64,000 bases of DNA. Source: the human T2T-CHM13v2.0 reference genome, Homo sapiens. The notes below the pieces were generated by a model. It saw only the letters and a program-made list of their open reading frames with translations. It searched no databases and had not been told where the DNA came from. Position numbers and translations under genes: made by a program. The stretch lies in assembly GCF_009914755.1 (NCBI RefSeq), contig NC_060926.1. One strand, given 5' to 3'. Numbering within the stretch: the first letter of the stretch is position 1; each line of letters begins with the position of its first letter. Positions 58,986 through 64,000 of this stretch are shown piece after piece.

Positions 58986-60209
58986 AGCCGCAGTCGGCTC
59001 GCCGAACGTTTCAGGGCGCCTGCCCATTGGTGGCGGCGGCAGAAGGTTGGCCAATCACCGGGGCCGTTGCTCGGAGGTCAAGTCCCACCTCCCTCCCTTG
59101 AGCCAGTAGCTCCTCCCACTTCCCGTGGTTTTCGGTTGAACCGAAACCTGGCCGTTGGCTGAGCGAGCGCGGGGTGTTTGGGATGCGGCACGGCGAGGGG
59201 GAGCAGGCTTGGCTCGGGCGTAGGGAATTGGTTTTTTTGTTTTAGCTATCCAGGTTGTGACTGGTTTACATAATTACACGATTAAGCCATCATTGTAGGA
59301 AAGGCTTTGCAGGAGAAAAATGTCTTAACTGGAGGTCTTTGAGACAGAAAAACCCTGCCTCAGCCCTTGGGTCCTGAGAGTCGCGTTTCTTCTCCCCTTC
59401 GCTTAAATATGTAAACCAGAATCATTATGTTTGGTTCATGGAACGGAGGAAAAAAATCCGTGTGCAGGGTCGAGACTGTCGTGGCGGAAGCCGCAGCACC
59501 CGGGAGGCAGGTGGGGAGAAAAAACGGGACCTGCTGCCGGGGACCCCTCCCGCTTTCTGGCAGTTTTCTATTCAGCGTCCTCGGCTGTGAGAAAACATCC
59601 CAGATGCTGAAACCAATAGTCTTAGCCCAGAATCTCAAACGCCGTGGCAAAGAGGGAGTGACGACGGCCTGTGGAAAAACCTGAGGAGTTTTGGGCTTAG
59701 CGCCTTCATGTAGAGGGGACGTGGAGGCGGGGAGGGCGTTCTAGGGTCGGCTGCGTAATTATACGAGGCACTGGAAAGTGATGGGTTAGTGTCCTTGGAG
59801 TAGACCCCTGGGTTTTATTGAACTGATCTGAAAGGCTGGGCCCTGAGCCACACAGGGGACCTGTCAAACAGCTTCAAGCGGAAGATGGGGCTCACGGGAC
59901 TGGACTCTCTCTGCAGCCAGCTGTAATTAACACAAAAGCAGAAGAGTTTGGGTAGATTATAGAATGCCAGCTTTGAACATCTTTTGGGGGACAGGGCACT
60001 CTGGGAGACCAAGTTCTTAGACACCATAAAATCAAAAATAGACACCTCTTTGTAGAGGAGTCCAGATGTCTAAAGAGGAAATATGTAATAGGCTGATGTT
60101 TCTTTTGTTTTTTGTTTGTTTGTTTTTTGAAAAGTTAAAATACTAAGTTTATAAAGTGAAAAAGTTACAGTAAGCTAAGGTTGACTTATTGGAAAAAATG
60201 TGCTTATAC

Positions 60210-60710
60210 TATGGAATGAGACCACCACTTCTCCTGTTGTCCCTCCCAGCTTCTTCTCCACCACCTCCCCTTTTCCCTAGTTTATAAGACAGGAGAAAAG
60301 TGAGACAGCAAAAAGTTAGAAAGAAACAGAAGTAAGATAAATAGCTAGACGACCTTGGCGCCACCACCCGGCCTTGGTGGTTAAAATAATAATAATAATG
60401 TTAACCCCTGACCAAAACTACTTGTGTTATCTGTAAGTTCCAGACATTGTATGAGAAAGCGCTGTAAAACTTTTTGTTCTGTTAGCCGATGCATGTAGCC
60501 CCCAGTCACGTTCCCCACGCTTGCTCCATCTATCACAACCGTTTCACATGGACCCCCCCCTTCAAGTTGTAAGCCCTTAAAAGGGCTAGGAATTTCTTTT
60601 TTGGGGAGCTCGGCTTTTAAGATGCGAGTCTGCCAACGCTCTCGGCCGAATAAACTTCTTCCTTCTTTAATCCAGTGTCAGGAGTTTTGTCTGCGGCTCG
60701 TCCTGCTACA
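60210..60710 (+). mobile_element. Solo LTR, LTR2 family (HERV-E/Harlequin; LTR2C-like)
   Basis: tatggaatgagaccaccac...aataaa...ttttgtctgcggctcgtcctgctaca; 4-bp TSD atac/atat. Confidence 0.85.
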
Positions 60711-61399
60711 ATATGTATATCAAGGGTTTCTTGTTGGTGTCTGACACAGACACAGAACCACTGATGCCCAAGCCAGTGCTCTCTACACACAGAAGCCTCC
60801 AACCTCATCTTGAGAAACGGGGCCATGAGGCCACCCCAGACACCGAGGGCTCCATGGAGGCTGGGGGGTCCGTGGGACTGGGCACATCCCAGCGGGTCTT
60901 GGATCCTGGCCTTTCCCCTTCTTGATGCCAGGACCTACTGAGTGCTCGCAGGTGTGCAATGCTGGGCTGCGGGTGCTGCTTGTGTGGCAAGAAGCCTCGG
61001 GGTGCCTCCCTCCTTCTCACACCTTTCCCAGGAGGCATGAAACGGGGATTCATGATCAACCCCGGTGGCTGCTCATGTTGAACTGGTGAAGCTCCCTCCC
61101 TGTTGTCTTCTGGGGACATGGAGGGCAGGGCTGGATCCCCTCAAATGAGCTTAAGTGGCACTGCGGACAAGAACGCGCTGCATGGCCCTCGGAATCCTGC
61201 ATGTGGTAGCCTGACCGGCACCTCAGCCCCTCCCTCATTAAAGCAGCCTATGGAGGGCTCAGCCCAGTGGGCTCAGGGGCTGCTATGGAGAGGGTGTCTG
61301 TTCCCTGGAGGATATTCTCAGGGCTCCTTCACTTGCCCTTAGAGATTTCCACCATGAAATACAAAGGCCACAACAGATCAGGTCAGGCTCTTCAGCATC

Positions 61400-61719
61400 C
61401 TAATCCTCCTTGAGCTCGCTAGGTTTTATTTCTTCTGCCTCTTCAGGGTTTGTGTCTATTGCTTTTTGCGCAGGTGCCGGGAGAGGACTTGTTGGCATAT
61501 GCTGACGGTCGTCTGCACACTTGGGCTCTTCCATATCTGCTCCAGAAGCTGGAGCGTCTCCGGCACTTGCAGAGTCTTTGTCATTCTGGGTTTCAGAAAA
61601 GTTGTTGTCCTCAGAGCTTCCATTCTCCTGGTCTGCCCAGGTGGCCTTCGAATGCTGGGGAGCATCCTCAGCTGAGCCTTTGTTGCTGTCTTCCAGGGGC
61701 TCCTCTGTCGCTGATGTTT
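61400..61719 (-). pseudogene. Candidate terminal coding exon of an upstream gene (possibly the TPC3/TPCN3 remnant)
   Basis: Branch point CTAAC, pyrimidine tract, AAG acceptor, then 105 open codons of acidic low-complexity peptide to TAG; gene identity is from recalled synteny only. Confidence 0.55.
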
Positions 61720-61913
61720 CTTAAGAGTGAGCTGGGAAAGAGTTAGCCTAGTCTTCTCTGCCCCCTGGTCTTTAATAACTTTTTACTCCACATCTCAAAA
61801 GTGTTTCAAGAGCCACTTGACGATACAGAATAAAGAGCTGTTCACGCTAGAAGGAGGTTGGGTGGATGTTTCTGCTTCCTTGGCCTCTTGAGTTAAACAC
61901 CTAAAAAAATAAG

Positions 61914-62514
61914 GCTGGGCACGGTGGCTCACGCCTGTAATTCCAGCACTTGGGGAGGCCGAGGTGGACAGATCACCTGAGGCTAGGAGTTGGAGGCCAG
62001 CCTGGCCAACATAGTGAAACCCCGTCTCTACTAAAAATACAAAAATTAGCCAGGTCCTGTCTCTACTAAAAAACACAAAAATTAGCTGGGTGTGGTGGTG
62101 CGCGCCTGTAATCCCAGCTATTCTGGAGGCTGAGGCAGGAGAATCGCTTGAACCCAGGGAGGCAGAGGTTACAGTGAGCTGAGATCGTGCCACTGCACTC
62201 CAGCGACAGAGAGGGAGTCCCTCCCAAAAAAAGAAAAAAGACATGCGCGGTGGCTCACGCCTGTAATCCCAGCACTTTGGGAGGCTGAGGCGGGTGGGTC
62301 AAGAGGTCAGGAGTTTGAGGCCAGCCTGACCAACATAGTGAAACCCCGTCTCTACTAAAAATACAAAAAATAGCCGGGCGTGGTGGCACGCGCCTATAAT
62401 CCCAGCTACTCAGGAGGCTGAGGCAGGAGAATCACTTGAACCCGGGAGGCAGAGGTTGCAGTGCGCCGATCGCAACACTTCACTCCAGCCTGAGCGACAG
62501 AGCGAGATTCTGTC

Positions 62515-62585
<71 letters not shown>

Positions 62586-62630
62586 AAAGGAAGAAAGAAA
62601 GAAAGAGAAAGAGAGAAAAAAGAAAAACAA
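61914..62630 (+). mobile_element. Two tandem Alus with (GA)n/(GAAA)n tail
   Basis: Alu 61914-62238 with duplicated central linker; Alu 62243-62515; purine microsatellite to about 62630. Confidence 0.93.
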
Positions 62631-63076
62631 AAAACCAAAAACCTAAACAAAAATTTAGCTTGTGGAAATCCCGACGCTCACTGAGTGCGGAAATTTCTTC
62701 CAGTGTGTTGATGGCTTTGAATCTACCTGAGTCTCCAATTTGTGGGGTTTATTACTCAAAGGGTAATAAACTCTGAGGTCTTTAGATAAGCGCTGGATTC
62801 CGCTAACCATCACAGGAACTAGGACACTTTTGGTTCCATCAACTCAAGTTTTCATCTGCTTCTGATAGTGGCTCAATCAGTAATCAACAGGAAATGTTGA
62901 TGGAGAAGCCATCACGAGCTAGGTGCAAATTATAACCTTGTCTAACTCAAACAGAGCCTGTCCTGAAGGGGTTAGTGATTTAGTCTGGGAAATGAGGACA
63001 CAGAAATAAAGAATTGTTTAAAGGTGGTATATATGTATATTAAGAGCCAAATGAGTTCAGACTGTATCTGCTAGGC

Positions 63077-63432
63077 CAGCAGTCCCCAGCCTATTTGACA
63101 CCAGGGACAGGTTTCATGGAAGACAATTTTTCATGGTGGGGTGGGGGTGGGGGCAAGGGGTTGGGGTGGGCAGTGGGTGGGATGGTTTCAGGATGAAAAT
63201 GTTCCATCTCAGATCATCAGGCATTAGATTCTCATAAGGAGCTCGCACCCTAGATCCCTCGCATGCGGCAGTTCACAATAGGGTTTGCACTCCTATGAGA
63301 ATCTAATGCCCCGCTTATCCGACAGAAAGTTGAGCTCAGACGGTCACCCGCCAATTACCTTCTGCTGTGCGGCCCAGTTCCTAACAGGCCATGAACAGGT
63401 ACTAGCCCATGGCCTGGGATTGGGGACCCCTG
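63077..63432 (+). mobile_element. MER1B-like hAT-Charlie MITE
   Basis: TIRs cagcagtcccca.../...tggggacccctg; 8-bp TSD tgctaggc/tgctaggg. Confidence 0.88.
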
Positions 63433-64000
63433 TGCTAGGGGTATTCAGAGGAGGAAGAGGTCATGCGGACCTGTTGGTCAGACAAAGCTTCATAGGGAAG
63501 GTGGGGCTTGAATTGGGCCTTGAAGGGAGGGGGGATGGATATGGGTCTGGCAGAGCCTTGGGGAGGTCATTCCACGTGTAAATCAAGATTTTAGAAGGAA
63601 ATCACTCTTGAGGATTCATGAGCATTAGAGGTTCTTTTTCGAAAGACTGGTTTGCTGTTTTGATGTTAAATCTTGAATGCGACTAAGAAGTTTGTACTTC
63701 ATCACTTTAGTAATTAATGGTCTTTTTGAAGCAAATAAGCATGTGATCATAAGGACCTCATGATAGTTACACTTAGCTCTACCCTGTTTTCTAAAAGCCA
63801 TAGAGACTGTCTACCCTCCTTCATTTCTGTTACTAGGGGTTCCTCTCCCACCACACTTGTTTATGGGTGAGGTATTAGAGATACTCTTCTACACTGCCCT
63901 TAAAAAAGGCACACTAACCCCTTGTCAAACTCCAATGCCAATCACCGCAGGTATATCCAGGAGTAATAGAAATAAAATACTAGCATTGTCAGCAGTAATT

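Larger units (their letters stand above)
58650..59770. promoter_or_regulatory. BUB1: CpG island / BUB1 promoter
   Basis: Sharp rise in GC and CpG density around exon 1; no TATA box; CCAAT at 59026-59030(-) and 59051-59055(+). Confidence 0.92.

Noticed and set aside
58636-59684. Several ORFs over the promoter on both strands
   Set aside because: Expected stop-codon depletion in a CpG island; only the 26-nt exon 1 CDS is supported
62680-62725. Possible further minus-strand exon (FKAINTLEEISAL, donor CA|gtgagc) upstream of the orphan exon
   Set aside because: No polypyrimidine tract before the candidate AG and no recognisable homology
63134-63181. G-quadruplex-like G-run cluster
   Set aside because: Expansion of the G-rich stretch within MER1B; no evidence of function

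Overview
Primate (human-like) genomic DNA containing the complete BUB1 spindle-checkpoint kinase gene on the minus strand. I traced 25 coding exons from ATG at 58908 to TAA at 18875. They splice to 3258 nt, i.e. 1085 aa, and match the BUB1 protein as I know it. Introns 7 and 22 are short GC-AG introns. The CpG-island promoter has CDE/CHR, CCAAT and MYB motifs. Downstream of the gene (1-18 kb) lie dense L1/Alu/LTR debris, a 3'-truncated RPL22 processed pseudogene and several odd junctions that look like a rearrangement boundary. Upstream lie an LTR2-family solo LTR and a spliceable, 105-codon acidic terminal exon on the BUB1 strand. The ORF track misses this exon, and it may be the 3' remnant of the degenerate TPC3/TPCN3 gene. 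I found no convincing wholly new biological system. The best leads are that orphan exon, a 43-bp AP-1 minisatellite in intron 1, the two GC donors and the pseudogene junction. Repeat family names come from recalled consensus sequences and their boundaries are approximate; no searches were run.
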